51,864 bases of DNA from positions 48,442 to 100,305 of the forward strand of contig RQSC01000028.1 in the NCBI GenBank assembly GCA_013416795.1. The letters run 5' to 3'. This document shows positions 32,711 through 44,441 of the stretch, one piece after another. Origin of the DNA: Prasinococcaceae sp. CCMP 1430 (lineage: Eukaryota > Plantae > Prasinodermophyta). The translations under genes were made by a program, and so were the position numbers. The first letter of the stretch is position 1. Each line of letters starts with the position of its first letter. The notes under the pieces are model-generated. The model was given only the letters and a program-made list of their open reading frames with translations, did no database searches and had not been told where the DNA came from.

Positions 32711-33595
32711 ATGGCGCTTTCGCAGAAGGAGCAGGATGTGCACATGATGCTCGCCGCGCAGTGCCACCTCGGCACGAAGAACTGCGACTTCCAGATGGAG
32801 CGCTACACGTACAAGCGCCGCCAGGATGGCATCTACGTGATTGACCTGGCCAAGACCTGGGACAAGCTCGTGATGGCCGCCCGCGTGCTCGTGGCGATCG
32901 AGAACCCCGCCGACATCATCGTCCAGTCGGCGCGCCCGTACGGCCAGCGCGCGGTGATGAAGTTCGCGCAGTACACCGGCGCGACGGCCATCGCCGGCCG
33001 CCACACGCCCGGCACGTACACCAACCACATCCACGCCAAGACGTTCAAGGAGCCGCGCCTCCTCGTGCTCACGGACCCGCGCACCGACCACCAGCCCATC
33101 AACGAGTCGGCCTACCAGAACCTCCCCACCATTGCGTTCTGCGACACCGACTCGCCGATGGCGCACGTCGACATCGCCATCCCGGCCAACAACAAGGGCA
33201 AGCACTCGATCGGCTGCCTGTACTACATCCTCAGCCGCATGGTGCTGCAGATGCGCGGCACCATCTCGGCCGCGAACCCCTGGGACGTGATGGTCGACCT
33301 GTTCTTCTACCGCGACCCCGAGGAGATCCGCGAGGAGCAGGAGGCCGCCGCCGCCGCCGCCGCCGAGGCGGAGGCGCCGGGCTACAACGCGGCGGCGTTC
33401 GGCGCCGCGCCGGCCATCGCCGCGCCGGGCTTCGAGCAGCCCGCGTTCGAGGCCGCCGGCGTGCCCGCCGCCTTCGACGTCGCCCAGGCCGCCCCGGCCG
33501 CGTTCGACGCCGCTGCGCCGCCCCAGGGCGCGTTCCAGCAGGCGCCGCCGCAGGCCGCGTTCGACCCCAACGCCAACTACACCCCCCAGTACTAA
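32711..33595 (+). CDS. RPSA: 40S ribosomal protein SA (uS2)
   Basis: [59 protein letters not shown] and [10 protein letters not shown]. Confidence 0.98.
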   Translation: MALSQKEQDVHMMLAAQCHLGTKNCDFQMERYTYKRRQDGIYVIDLAKTWDKLVMAARVLVAIENPADIIVQSARPYGQRAVMKFAQYTGATAIAGRHTPGTYTNHIHAKTFKEPRLLVLTDPRTDHQPINESAYQNLPTIAFCDTDSPMAHVDIAIPANNKGKHSIGCLYYILSRMVLQMRGTISAANPWDVMVDLFFYRDPEEIREEQEAAAAAAAEAEAPGYNAAAFGAAPAIAAPGFEQPAFEAAGVPAAFDVAQAAPAAFDAAAPPQGAFQQAPPQAAFDPNANYTPQY

Positions 33596-33972
33596 GCGAC
33601 GCGAGTGCTGGGTCGGGAGGTTGCTGCCGTTGGCGATCAGGTCGGGGCAGGGAGGATGTGGCCGCGCACGCACGCCGCTGCCGCCCGCGGCAGCGCGCAG
33701 GGCGGGCGCGCCACGCAGGACCTTGTACGAGCGAACAACCATCACGGAAGTCAGCAGTCTCTTCACGCCGCTAAAGCGGTGGGCGCCGGCCTTGCGGTGA
33801 GCCTTGCCGCCGCTGTAAGACAGGCGCACGCTGTGCGTGACGAGCATCATCTCAATGCGTCGGCCCTAGAAGCTCCAGCGCGCGTGCGCGCTTGCGCGCG
33901 GGCCTGACGCACCAGGTCGTGCATCGACCGCGTATTATTACAGAGTATCTCCCTCGCTGCGCGCAAGCGTCA

Positions 33973-36900
33973 TCACGCGCCGCGCCTGTCCGCCCAGCTC
34001 TCCGCGCGCGCCCCGCGGCGCTCGCCGCGGAAGGGGCTCGTCGCGAGCGCGTGCGGCTTGGCACCGCTCGCGCCGTACCCAGGCGAGGTGAGCGCGGCCG
34101 CGCCGCCGCCGACGCCGGCGGCCAGCGCCGCACGAGCGGCGCGAGCGGTGGTGCAAAGCAGGCAGCGCCAGGGAACCTGTGCGCCAGCACCCTCCTCACC
34201 AGCGCCAGCGCCGGCGCCCACGTTCTCGTCCCTCTCCGCCATCTCGAGGCAGCTCGTGTGGTACGTGTGGCCACAGTAGAACGCCACGAAGCCCTTGCGC
34301 CCAGCTTCGCCGCCGGTGCCAATGATCGGCTCGAGGCACAGGCAGCAGCGCCCGCTGCCCTGGATGCCCCGCTTGCCCCGCCTGGGCACGGGCGTGTTCA
34401 TCGGATCGTTCGAGGCGAGCACGCTCGAGTCGAGCACCACGGGCACTCGCAGCGCCCGGCGCCCGCTCGCGAGGCGCGCATCGGCCGCCTGGGCGCAGTC
34501 CGCCTTGAGAATCGCGTTGCACCCCTCGCGCAGGCTGCTCTGCGTGCGGAAGTCCGACACGATGCGCGCGAGGCGATCGCGCAGATGGGGGATGGGCACG
34601 CCCTCGGGCAAGTGGCGAAGGACGCGCAAGGGATTGAGGTGTGCGCCCACGTGTTCCAAGAGCTCACCCGCGAGCTCAGGGTCCTCCAGTGCCCGCGCGA
34701 CGAGCTCGTCCCAAAGGTCGTCGTCGGCCTGATCCGCGCAGAACTCAACCGCGCGCGGCACATCCCGAAGCTCGCCGAGCACGAGCTGCAGCGCCTGCTC
34801 TGCAGAGCCCATGCGGCCCAGCACGTACACCGCCTCCGAGTGCAAGTTGTACCGCTGACACACTGCGAGCGCATCCTCGAGGGGGTAGTACGGCGACGCG
34901 CGCAAAAATCGCATCAGGCGGTCCGGCGCGAATTCCGCGTACAGCTCGACCTGCCGTCCGTGAACCTCCGCACCGGCCGTCGGGTCGCGCTCGAACAGCG
35001 CGTCCAGGTATTTGTTCAGCGCCCCACGAAGCTGCGCGACCTCGCCATCGGTGCTCGAAGCGTCGCTGGCACGCGCGCGCGCGATGGCAGCGTCGACGGC
35101 GGCCACGACGGCGCTCGTGGACACCTCCGAGGTGTGTTCTGCGAGTATGGCCGCCGCGGCCGCACCGCCATGCTTGAGCAACGCCGCGCAGCGCGCGCGC
35201 GCGGCCCCCCACAACCGACGCCGGCGTACGAACCCCACCGCGCGCGCGCCGTCGCCCGCGTCCAGAAACGCGCCCAGTGCTCGTTCGTGCGCGCCGGCGA
35301 TCACGTAGAGCTCTGCCATCGCCTCGCGCAGGGGCCGGAGCGCCGCGCCCTCGCTTGCGGCTCCGTCTGTGAAATCTATGCCGCCACCAGCCGCGCGCAC
35401 CTCAGCCTCGAGCGTGCTCAGCCGCGCTTCGGCAACCGCGGTGACGTCCGGCGCGGAATAGAGCGAGGCGGGCCACGCGCGCACGCACTCTAGCAGCGTT
35501 TCGTGCGCGCCCTTGCCAGCGTCCGCGGCCAGGAGGCCATTCAGGACGACCTCGTAGCACGTGGGACGCAGCTGGGGCGCGGTGGTTGGAATGTGTGGCG
35601 CCAGCGCGGGGAGCTGGCGCAGGTGCGCGAAATGGAACACCCATCGCTCCCACGCCTCGGTCGACCCGCGCAGCAACGCGGGGCACATGGCAGCCGCGCG
35701 CTCGTACTCGTGCTGGGCCAGAAGATGTCCCAGATAGGCCGCGCCTACCTCGTCGAGTGTGGACGCCTTCAGACGTCGCGTCTGCGAATCGCCCGCGGCG
35801 GCCCAGCCGGCAATACCGCACTCTGCGAGTGCTTCCTCGAAGCGCCCCTTGCTGAGCAGCCACATGACGTGGTCGTCCGCGTCTCTCGCGCACGCAAGCA
35901 CGATATCCTTAGGCGATACCACATAGTACAACGCCTCGCCCGACGACAGCGCGTCGTACGCGTCCTCGCGCGCGGGCGCGCACACGAGTCTGTAGTCAGG
36001 CGGATAGTAGGCATCGAAGCCACGTACGCTCAGCGCGTCGCTTGCGAGCTCCTCGTTGGACATATCTACCAACCGGAGCTCCGGGCGCTGCTGCGTGTGC
36101 GCACGCGCTTGAACGCCGCCTTCCACGGCCTCGGGTCCGGGACAGACGAGCATGACGAGCTGGCGCGCGCCGGCGTCTGCGTGCGGCGTGGGCGAGGGTG
36201 CCAGCATGTGCGCCACTCCACAGAGCGTGCCATCACAGCCGAGCGTTGCAACGACGTCGACAGAGGCTCGCGTGAGCGCGTTGCCGGGCGAGCCGCCGCC
36301 GCCCACGCCTGCCGCGCCGCCCGCCGCGCCTGGCCCCGGCCCGCCCGATCGCACCTTGCACACCTTGACGCAGCTGGACCAACCAATGACGAGCTCCGTG
36401 CCGCCGGGCGCCCACTGCAGGCTCGGTCGCGCGCCCGCAGCCGCTGGGCCACCAGCCGCCGCCACCGCCGCTGCCTCCGTGCGCGGCCTCTCGACAAAAG
36501 CCACGCGCTGCTGCGAGCCCACGTCGTACACCTTCACGCCACGGTCGTTCGCCCACGCCACGAGATCGACAGGCGCGGACCGCGCGCCGGGCGGCGACCA
36601 CGCGCACGCGCGCACGGGCCCCTCGCCCGCGTGCAGCACGTGGTCACGCGCTCCCAGCCAGCCGCGTGCATGGAGAATGAGCTGGCCTGCCAGCCCTCCG
36701 GCAACAAACTGCCGGCTCGAGCGCCGGTTGTAGAAGGGGTCGAGCGCGACACTCTTGACCGGCCGATGGTACTCGACGCGCGAGATGGGCGGCTTGCCAC
36801 CGCCCTTCCCCCCGCTCCCACCGGCGTCTTGGGCGGCGTAGAGCTCGACGACCGTCACCGAGCCGTCGTCAGAGGCGCTCGCAAGCACCTCGCCGTCGGC

Positions 36901-37362
36901 GTCGAAGCAGAGGTCGGTGACGCACGCTGCATGCAGAGCGTCGTAGCGGCGCACTTCGTGCCCACTGAAGTCGAGGAGGTGCACGCTGCCCTCAAAGGTG
37001 CCCAGCGCGAGCATCTTGTCTCCCACAGCGAGTGTCGACGCACTCAAGCCGCGCAGCTCATCGCGGCTGCCGCCGCCGGCGTCGCCCAGCAAGGTCGGAA
37101 CCGAGCCGCCGAGCCGCTGATACTTGAGGCGAGGCTCGTCCTCGTCGTCGCTCCCGCTTTCGCTGTCGCCGCTGTCCGCGCCGCCGTCGAAGCTGCTGTC
37201 GTCGCCGCCCCCCTCGGCAGCGCTCCCACTGCCGCCTCCCGCGTCTGCGCCGGCGACGACGGCGCCGTCGGCGTCGCCACCGCCATCACCTCCCACACCT
37301 CCACCGCTGCTGCCTGGCGCGTCGCCGCCCTCCTCTGCGCCGGCCTCGGGAGCGGCGTCCAT
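33973..37362 (-). CDS. VPS41: HOPS subunit Vps41 (WD40 - CHCR - RING)
   Basis: Acidic N-terminus then EPRLKYQRLG, WD repeats, WANDRGVKVYD, VVSPKDIVLA, FLRASPYYPLEDAL and a C-terminal RING-like CCLC...CGHTYHTSC...CLLC. Confidence 0.93.
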   Translation of the reverse strand: MDAAPEAGAEEGGDAPGSSGGGVGGDGGGDADGAVVAGADAGGGSGSAAEGGGDDSSFDGGADSGDSESGSDDEDEPRLKYQRLGGSVPTLLGDAGGGSRDELRGLSASTLAVGDKMLALGTFEGSVHLLDFSGHEVRRYDALHAACVTDLCFDADGEVLASASDDGSVTVVELYAAQDAGGSGGKGGGKPPISRVEYHRPVKSVALDPFYNRRSSRQFVAGGLAGQLILHARGWLGARDHVLHAGEGPVRACAWSPPGARSAPVDLVAWANDRGVKVYDVGSQQRVAFVERPRTEAAAVAAAGGPAAAGARPSLQWAPGGTELVIGWSSCVKVCKVRSGGPGPGAAGGAAGVGGGGSPGNALTRASVDVVATLGCDGTLCGVAHMLAPSPTPHADAGARQLVMLVCPGPEAVEGGVQARAHTQQRPELRLVDMSNEELASDALSVRGFDAYYPPDYRLVCAPAREDAYDALSSGEALYYVVSPKDIVLACARDADDHVMWLLSKGRFEEALAECGIAGWAAAGDSQTRRLKASTLDEVGAAYLGHLLAQHEYERAAAMCPALLRGSTEAWERWVFHFAHLRQLPALAPHIPTTAPQLRPTCYEVVLNGLLAADAGKGAHETLLECVRAWPASLYSAPDVTAVAEARLSTLEAEVRAAGGGIDFTDGAASEGAALRPLREAMAELYVIAGAHERALGAFLDAGDGARAVGFVRRRRLWGAARARCAALLKHGGAAAAAILAEHTSEVSTSAVVAAVDAAIARARASDASSTDGEVAQLRGALNKYLDALFERDPTAGAEVHGRQVELYAEFAPDRLMRFLRASPYYPLEDALAVCQRYNLHSEAVYVLGRMGSAEQALQLVLGELRDVPRAVEFCADQADDDLWDELVARALEDPELAGELLEHVGAHLNPLRVLRHLPEGVPIPHLRDRLARIVSDFRTQSSLREGCNAILKADCAQAADARLASGRRALRVPVVLDSSVLASNDPMNTPVPRRGKRGIQGSGRCCLCLEPIIGTGGEAGRKGFVAFYCGHTYHTSCLEMAERDENVGAGAGAGEEGAGAQVPWRCLLCTTARAARAALAAGVGGGAAALTSPGYGASGAKPHALATSPFRGERRGARAESWADRRGA

Positions 37363-37881
37363 CCCGCGCGGAGCGGTTTTTCCCACCGCGCGCGCCCGCG
37401 CCCGCGCCCGCGCTCGTCCGGGCGCTCGGGCGGAGCGGGGCGAGGCCGAGAAGAGGGGAGGGACGGACGGGGGTGGGGGGGTGGGGGGGACAGGGGGCAC
37501 CGCGCGCGGCGCGCGGTGTGACGAGCGGCCCCCGCCGGATGCATTTTGACCTCCTCCGAAAAAACACCCGTTCAACACTCGGAAACAATTTCAATCCGCA
37601 TTTTCACATCACAGAGCACTCGCTGGCGCGAACTTCGACCGAGCTCTCATCGAGACCTCAGTAACCGTCGAAATTTACGCTGGCGAATCCAGTCGCCAGA
37701 TACTTCCGCGGTTTCCCATGTTCCGCCGCCTTCGGAGGCGCCAACGGCGACCCTTCCGATTCCGTGGGAAAACGCCGCCGCACACCGCGCAATTTTCACC
37801 ACGTCTGATCCAAATTCCAGAAAGAAGACGTGTAAATGCGTGCTGTAAATTAAAACGACGGCGTTCAAATGTGCACGTCGC

Positions 37882-38232
37882 TCACACCGTTGATTTCTCT
37901 TCAGTGCGCGAAGCGTGAGGCAGCGGCGGTGCCAGAGCGCGCGCGCGCGGGGGCGTGCGTGCGGCGCTGCTACCCCCTCGGCAGGGGCGGCCTGGGAGGG
38001 CGCGCCGCTCTCCGGCGGGGGCTTCGTCGCCGAAGGAGATCGACGAGCCGCCGCCCGGCGCCTTGAGCACGCGGCGGTGGTCGGGTTCGCGGGCTGCATG
38101 CGCGTGGCGGTGCGGGGAATCGCGCTCGCCGAGCGAGATCCCGGGCCGATGGGGTGCAATGCGGACAGGTGCGCGCGGGGGCGGCTCCCCCAGCGCGTGC
38201 TGCGGCGTGCGGGGCGTGTGCCACTGCGACTC
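37882..38232 (-). CDS. Possible small microtubule-associated protein exon (Jupiter/HN1/SPIRAL1-like motif)
   Basis: RRVLKAPGGGSSISFG resembles the RV..PGGGSS motif of these families; no ATG or first exon identified. Confidence 0.35.
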   Translation of the reverse strand, partial: ESQWHTPRTPQHALGEPPPRAPVRIAPHRPGISLGERDSPHRHAHAAREPDHRRVLKAPGGGSSISFGDEAPAGERRALPGRPCRGGSSAARTPPRARALAPPLPHASRTEEKSTV

Positions 38233-38427
38233 CTAGCAATGTCGCGGTGGTGATGTATCACTCTGAGTGCGGATAAGGGTGTTGCGCCTCATGACTGACG
38301 CGCGCGCTTGCGCGCGCTCGCGCGCGCCGATGGGTGCGCCCGCAGATACTCGTGGGCGTACCTCCGATATGAACTGGGCTATACGCTCGCGGCAGCCACG
38401 GGCAGCGACGCGCGGCGAGCGAGACGC

Positions 38428-39882
38428 ATGGTGACGGACGAGGAGGAGAGGCGACGGAGGCGCCACCCCGCGGCGAAGCGCCTGGAGGAGGCGCTGCTAC
38501 CGGCTGCAGCTGCGAAAGCGACGACGTCAAGTGCAAGTTCGCAGCTGATCAGTGATGACTCCACACGGACCCGTCCTCGACGCTCAGCGCTGAGCCAAAA
38601 CCTGGGGCGCAAAGGGCTGCACGCAGCGGACTCGGAGGAGCCGCAGCGGCCCGCAGAGGAGCAACCCGATACAAAAGACGAGCAAACAGGAGGGGCGGCA
38701 CACGCGTGGGCGCTCACAGTAGGCACGGCGGACTACGAGCCGCGCGCGCTGCGCGCTGCGCTGGCAGGGATAGCGGCAAACAGCGACGTGCGCACGGTGC
38801 TGATACTCGCCAGTGCCACTGGCAGTGGAGCTGCAGAGGACCATCACGTTTCGAGGGATGATGGTGGCAGCGGCGGGGCGCGCACGAATGACACGCGCAC
38901 AGAAACGAGCCGTGACTCTTGGGTGCCCGACCATGCCTTTCCACCAGGAAGCGTAGGCGCGGCAATCTACGAGCGCATGCTCACGCCTGCGCTGCGACGA
39001 TGCCTGGACATTCGGATCATCGAGGCGCCCTTGCTCGCCTGCCCGCACGCCGACGCCCGACACGCTGCGCGCTACCAGGGCACCTACATGCGCTTCGATT
39101 TGTGGCGCATGGTAGAGTACGAGCGCATAGTGTACATCGACTTGGACTTCCTCGTGCTCAGCCCATCCTTCGACGCGCTCTTCCACTACGCGATGCCCGC
39201 CGGGAAGGAGCTCGCCGCCGCACGCTACAGCAGCGGCGAGTGCTACGGCCAGGGCGCGGCGCCATGTGCGCAGGATGGTCCGTTGCGTCGCGTGCGAGCT
39301 AGTACGCCGGCGGCCCGCGCACATCCATGCACATGCACACTCACTAACGCGTACTGGGCGCGCCACGCTCGCGTGCGCACACGCGCGGGCAAATGGCCGC
39401 AACTGACTGCGCGTGACGCCCTCGCAGGCCTCCTTGGGCACTTTAACGGGCTCGGCTTTCTCAACGCAGGCATGCTGGTCATCACGCCCGACAAGAGCAC
39501 GCACGCAGAGCTGTTGGCATTCCACGAGGCGACGCAGCGCGCGGCAAAGACCGCGGAGGGGCGTCCCTACTGTGTCACCGACCAGCCATTGCTGTACCGA
39601 TTCTTCGACTGGAAGCGCGGGGGGAAGATTGACTACCTCAGCCCATCCTTTAACTTTTGGCCCAAGGCGGGCATGGCGGCGCCAACGCCGTCCCTGGGCG
39701 CCCACTTCATCGGTAGCGTGGAGAGCAAATCGAAGCCGTGGCGGGCAGACTCCCTCTCGTCACTCGCTGCCGGCAACTACACCACGCGCTTTCACGCCGC
39801 ATGGTGGGCCGCGGCCGCATCGAGCGAGAACGAGGGGGCGATGTGCGGCCACTACCATCGTGACGCGGCCGGCAGCCGCTGA
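38428..39882 (+). CDS. Glycosyltransferase family 8 (glycogenin/PGSIP-like); start uncertain, possible in-frame intron ~39254-39427
   Basis: TYMRFDLWRMVEYERIVYIDLDFLVL (DxD), FLNAGMLVITP, DQ and HFIG...KPW. Confidence 0.82.
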   Translation: MVTDEEERRRRRHPAAKRLEEALLPAAAAKATTSSASSQLISDDSTRTRPRRSALSQNLGRKGLHAADSEEPQRPAEEQPDTKDEQTGGAAHAWALTVGTADYEPRALRAALAGIAANSDVRTVLILASATGSGAAEDHHVSRDDGGSGGARTNDTRTETSRDSWVPDHAFPPGSVGAAIYERMLTPALRRCLDIRIIEAPLLACPHADARHAARYQGTYMRFDLWRMVEYERIVYIDLDFLVLSPSFDALFHYAMPAGKELAAARYSSGECYGQGAAPCAQDGPLRRVRASTPAARAHPCTCTLTNAYWARHARVRTRAGKWPQLTARDALAGLLGHFNGLGFLNAGMLVITPDKSTHAELLAFHEATQRAAKTAEGRPYCVTDQPLLYRFFDWKRGGKIDYLSPSFNFWPKAGMAAPTPSLGAHFIGSVESKSKPWRADSLSSLAAGNYTTRFHAAWWAAAASSENEGAMCGHYHRDAAGSR

Positions 39883-40362
39883 CCGCACCGACGCGGACGT
39901 GCGCGAAGAGTCGCGGCGGGGGCACTAGTACACACGACAACACGGTAGCTAGCGAATGACGACTTTGACTCCATGACACTAAAGTAGTACATAACGTCGT
40001 AGCCGTACACTACTAGGCATCGCGCGCGCGCAATCTGGACGGCGGACGCGCCGGCGCCCGACCAGCCAGTCGCTCGCCGCTCATGCGCGGGCTTCGTGCG
40101 GAGCGCGCATGCGCACGTTGCGACAGCCAGAACGAAACATGTGGACCCACGGGCTAGGCACTGTAGGAAGCACATGCCAGCAGGCGCGGGGCGACGGAGG
40201 GCGTGTGCGGCGTGGAGCACCGCTGACCCACGCACCGCTAGAGCCCCAGGTCGTTATAAATTTACATGGCTTCCGTCGACGGCGAGACGGGAAGGCGACG
40301 CGCACGTTGCGCCGCAGGGCGCGCGGCAGTGTACAGCAGGAAGCGTCCGGGCTCGCGCACGA

Positions 40363-43300
40363 TCACCAGTCATAAGCGGCGGGTGCGGCCCCCGACGGCC
40401 CCTGGGAGACCGTGGAGGTGGCCGGTGCGCCCCAGCTGGAGGGACCCCGGGCATCGTCGGCGCTACTGCCACCGTCCGAGTCGGAGCCGCTGTCGTCAAC
40501 GCGGGCGGCGCCGGGCAGGCGAACGAAAGTAACCTTGCGCGCGCTCTGCGGGTGTCGTATGAGGGCGAGGAGTGGGCAGTGGGAGTCAGAAACAAGCCAA
40601 GGACATGGCGCTCGCGGCGCGACCCGTCGGCGCGAGCGAGCGCGCAGCGCAGTCAATCCGCGCGTGACGCCGGCAGCTGCGGGGGCACGCACCTCGTCCG
40701 CAGTGTCATCGAAGTCCACGAGGATGCCATCGCCCTCGGCGAAGTCGCCGCGCAGGAGGGCCTGCGCGAGCGGCGTCTCGAGGCGCTGCTGGATGACGCG
40801 CTTCACGGGGCGAGCGCCGTAGCGGACGTCGTAGCCCACCTCGCTCAGATGATCCAGCGCCGCATCGGTGATGGTCATCGACATCTTCTTGGCCTCGATT
40901 CGCTTCGCCAGGCGATCGGCCTGCAGCTTGACGATGTCGCGCATCTGCTCGCGCTGCAGAGGCTCAAACACGACGAACTCGTCCACGCGGTTGATGAACT
41001 CGGGGCGGAAGAAACCCTGCGCGACGCCCATCACGCGCTCGCGCAGGAGCTCGTAGCGCGCCGCGCGGTCCGCTCCGTCGGGCATGCTCTCGATGGTGTC
41101 CATGATCTCCGTGCTACCGAGGTTGCTCGTCATGATGATGACCGTGTTGGCGAAGGACACGGTGCGTCCCTGCGAGTCGGTCACGCGCCCGTCGTCGAGG
41201 ATCTGCAACAGCACATTGAAGACGTCGGCGTGCGCCTTCTCCATCTCATCGAGTAGCACGACCGTGTACGGGCGGCGGCGCACGGCCTCGGTCAGCTGCC
41301 CGCCCTCCTCGTAGCCGACGTAACCCGGCGGGGCGCCCAGCAGGCGCGAGACGGCAAACTTCTCCATGTACTCCGACATGTCGATGCGCACCATCGCGTC
41401 CTCCGAGTCGAATAGGAAGGACGCCAGCGCCTTGCACAGCTCGGTCTTGCCAACGCCCGTGGGACCCATGAACATGAAGCTACCCAACGGCTTGTTGGGG
41501 TCTGCGAGCCCCGCGCGCGAGCGCTGCACGGCCTCGGTGACGGCAGTCACCGCCGCGGGCTGGCCGACCACGCGCGCGCCGAGCACGTCCTCCAGCAGCA
41601 GCAGGCGGTCGCGCTCGCTCTGCATGAGCTTGGTGACCGGAATGCCCGTCCAGCGAGCGATCACGTCGCCGATGTCTGTCTCGGTGACCTCGTCGGCGAT
41701 GCTCAGCCCGCCGGAGCCCTCGATGCCCTCAGCGGCAGCCTCGGCCTCCTCAAGCTGCTTCTGCAACGAGATGAGCTGGCCGTACTTGAGCTCGGCGGCC
41801 TTGCTCAGATCGTATTCGCGCTCCGCCTGCCCGATGGCAACGTTGACGCGGTCGATCTCCTCCTTGATGTCGGACACGCGCGAGACGGCGCCGCGCGTCT
41901 TCTCCCACTCCGCTGAGAGCGCCTCTTGCTGCGCGCGCAGCTCGCCCATCTCGCGGTCCAGACGGACGAGCCGGTCTTTGCTCGCTTGTTTCGTCTCGTT
42001 GCGAAGCGACAGGCGCTCCATCTCCATCTGCACGAGCTTGCGGTCGAGGTCGTCCAGGGCGCGCGGCTTGGAGGTGAGCTCCATCTTCAGCTTGGCGGCG
42101 GCCTCATCGACCACGTCGATGGCCTTGTCCGGCAGGAAACGCTCGGAGATGTAGCGGTCCGAAAGCGTGGCGGCCTCCACGAGTGCCGCGTCCGAGATGC
42201 GCACGCCGTGGTGCACCTCGTAGCGCTCGCGCAGGCCGCGAAGGATGCTGATGGTGCTCTCGACGGTCGGCTGGTCGACCAGGACCGTCTGGAAGCGCCG
42301 CTCGAGCGCCGGGTCCTTCTCGATGTACTTGCGATGCTCGTCCAGGGTGGTCGCGCCAATGCAGCGGAGCTCGCCGCGGGCTAGCATGGGCTTGAGCAGG
42401 TTGCTGGCATCGAGGCTCCCCTCGGACGCGCCCGCGCCCACCACGGTATGAATCTCGTCGATGAACAGCACGATGCCGCCCGCGGAGTCCTCGACCTCCT
42501 TCAGCACGCTCTTGAGCCTGTCCTCGAACTCGCCGCGGAATTTCGCGCCCGCGATGAGCGAGCCCATGTCGAGCGACATGATCTTGCGGTCCTGCAGCGC
42601 CTCCGGCACATCGCCCTGCACGATGCGCTGCGCGAGGCCCTCCGCGATCGCGGTCTTGCCCACTCCCGGCTCGCCGATGAGCACGGGGTTGTTCTTGGTG
42701 CGCCGCGAGAGCACCTGCACGCAGCGACGGATCTCCTCGTCACGGCCGACCACCGGGTCCAGCTTGCCCTCGGCGGCCGCCGCGGTGAGGTCGCGCGCGT
42801 AGCGCTCGAGTGCTTCGTACTTGCCCTCGGGGTTCTGGTCCTCAACCTTGCGCCCGCCGCGCACCTCGCGCGCGGCGGCCTCCATGTCGCCCTTGCTCAC
42901 GCCCAGGTACTGCATGAGCCCCGTGGCGAAGCGCGCGTCGTCGCACAGCGCGAGCGCAAAGTGCTCCACCGAGCAGAACGAGTCGCCGAGCGCCGTCTGC
43001 TCGTCGCGCGCGCGCCCCACCAGCGCCTCCATGTTGCGCCCGAGCATCTGCTCGGGGTCGCCCTCCACGCGCGGCTGCCGCGAGATGAACGAGTCGGTGT
43101 ACTGCATGGCGCTCGCCACGTCGGCGCCCGCCTGCCAGAGGTCGTCGCGCGTGCTTTAGGGTTAGATTCAGAGGGTTTGCGCGAGAGGGGGGTTTGCAGC
43201 GCGCCCCATGCCCGCCGCTGGGCCGGGCAGCGCGGGCGGGGAGGGGGGCGCGGCGCGGTCTGAGAGGGGATCGGAGAGCGCGGCGGGGGCGCCGATCGCA

Positions 43301-43764
43301 TCGGGAGAGGCCGATCGCCCCTTCCGATCCCCTCCTCCACCCCGCTTCCGCCCTCCTGCGCGCGCTCGGCGGCGGGGCGCGAATGCGCGCGCGCGGGTGC
43401 GCCGCTGCGCGGAAGCTTCCTTCGGTACCGGCGCGGGCGCGCGAGCGCGCCCCCCCCTCCGACACCCGCACCAAGCCCGCCAAGCGCCGCACGCGCGAAC
43501 GAGCCAGCGCGTATGTGACGCGCGCATGCGCTGGGCTGCGTCCGGGCGGGCGCGCTCGCGGCGCTCGCGCACCTTCTCGAGCAGCCTCGGGTAGAGCCCG
43601 TCGGCGTCGTCGAGCATGGCCTTGGTGAGATGCTCGGTCTCGACGATCTGGTGGCGCGCGACGCGCGCGACCTCGGGCGCGCCGACGACGGCGGCCCACG
43701 CGCGCTCGGTGAAGTCGCCCTGCGAGATGCGCTTGCCGCCGCCGCCCGCCGTGGCGCGCGCGGC
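40363..43764 (-). CDS. CLPB: ClpB/Hsp100 disaggregase, probably organellar; exons <43764-43573, 43131-40693, 40545-40363
   Basis: FTERAW...[10 protein letters not shown]-domain, [24 protein letters not shown]-domain [27 protein letters not shown] and YGARP; canonical introns; 5' end in the gap. Confidence 0.96.
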
Positions 43765-44441
43765 NNNNNNNNNNNNNNNNNNNNNNNNNNNNNNNNNNNN
43801 NNNNNNNNNNNNNNNNNNNNNNNNNNNNNNNNNNNNNNNNNNNNNNNNNNNNNNNNNNNNNNNNNNNNNNNNNNNNNNNNNNNNNNNNNNNNNNNNNNNN
43901 NNNNNNNNNNNNNNNNNNNNNNNNNNNNNNNNNNNNNNNNNNNNNNNNNNNNNNNNNNNNNNNNNNNNNNNNNNNNNNNNNNNNNNNNNNNNNNNNNNNN
44001 NNNNNNNNNNNNNNNNNNNNNNNNNNNNNNNNNNNNNNNNNNNNNNNNNNNNNNNNNNNNNNNNNNNNNNNNNNNNNNNNNNNNNNNNNNNNNNNNNNNN
44101 NNNNNNNNNNNNNNNNNNNNNNNNNNNNNNNNNNNNNNNNNNNNNNNNNNNNNNNNNNNNNNNNNNNNNNNNNNNNNNNNNNNNNNNNNNNNNNNNNNNN
44201 NNNNNNNNNNNNNNNNNNNNNNNNNNNNNNNNNNNNNNNNNNNNNNNNNNNNNNNNNNNNNNNNNNNNNNNNNNNNNNNNNNNNNNNNNNNNNNNNNNNN
44301 NNNNNNNNNNNNNNNNNNNNNNNNNNNNNNNNNNNNNNNNNNNNNNNNNNNNNNNNNNNNNNNNNNNNNNNNNNNNNNNNNNNNNNNNNNNNNNNNNNNN
44401 NNNNNNNNNNNNNNNNNNNNNNNNNNNNNNNNNNNNNNNNN

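Noticed and set aside
33892-37521. Long antisense or alternate-frame ORFs over VPS41 (and likewise over kinesin, ClpB, CRTISO-like)
   Set aside because: Shadow ORFs expected from high GC3 and scarce stops; R/A/P-rich with no motifs
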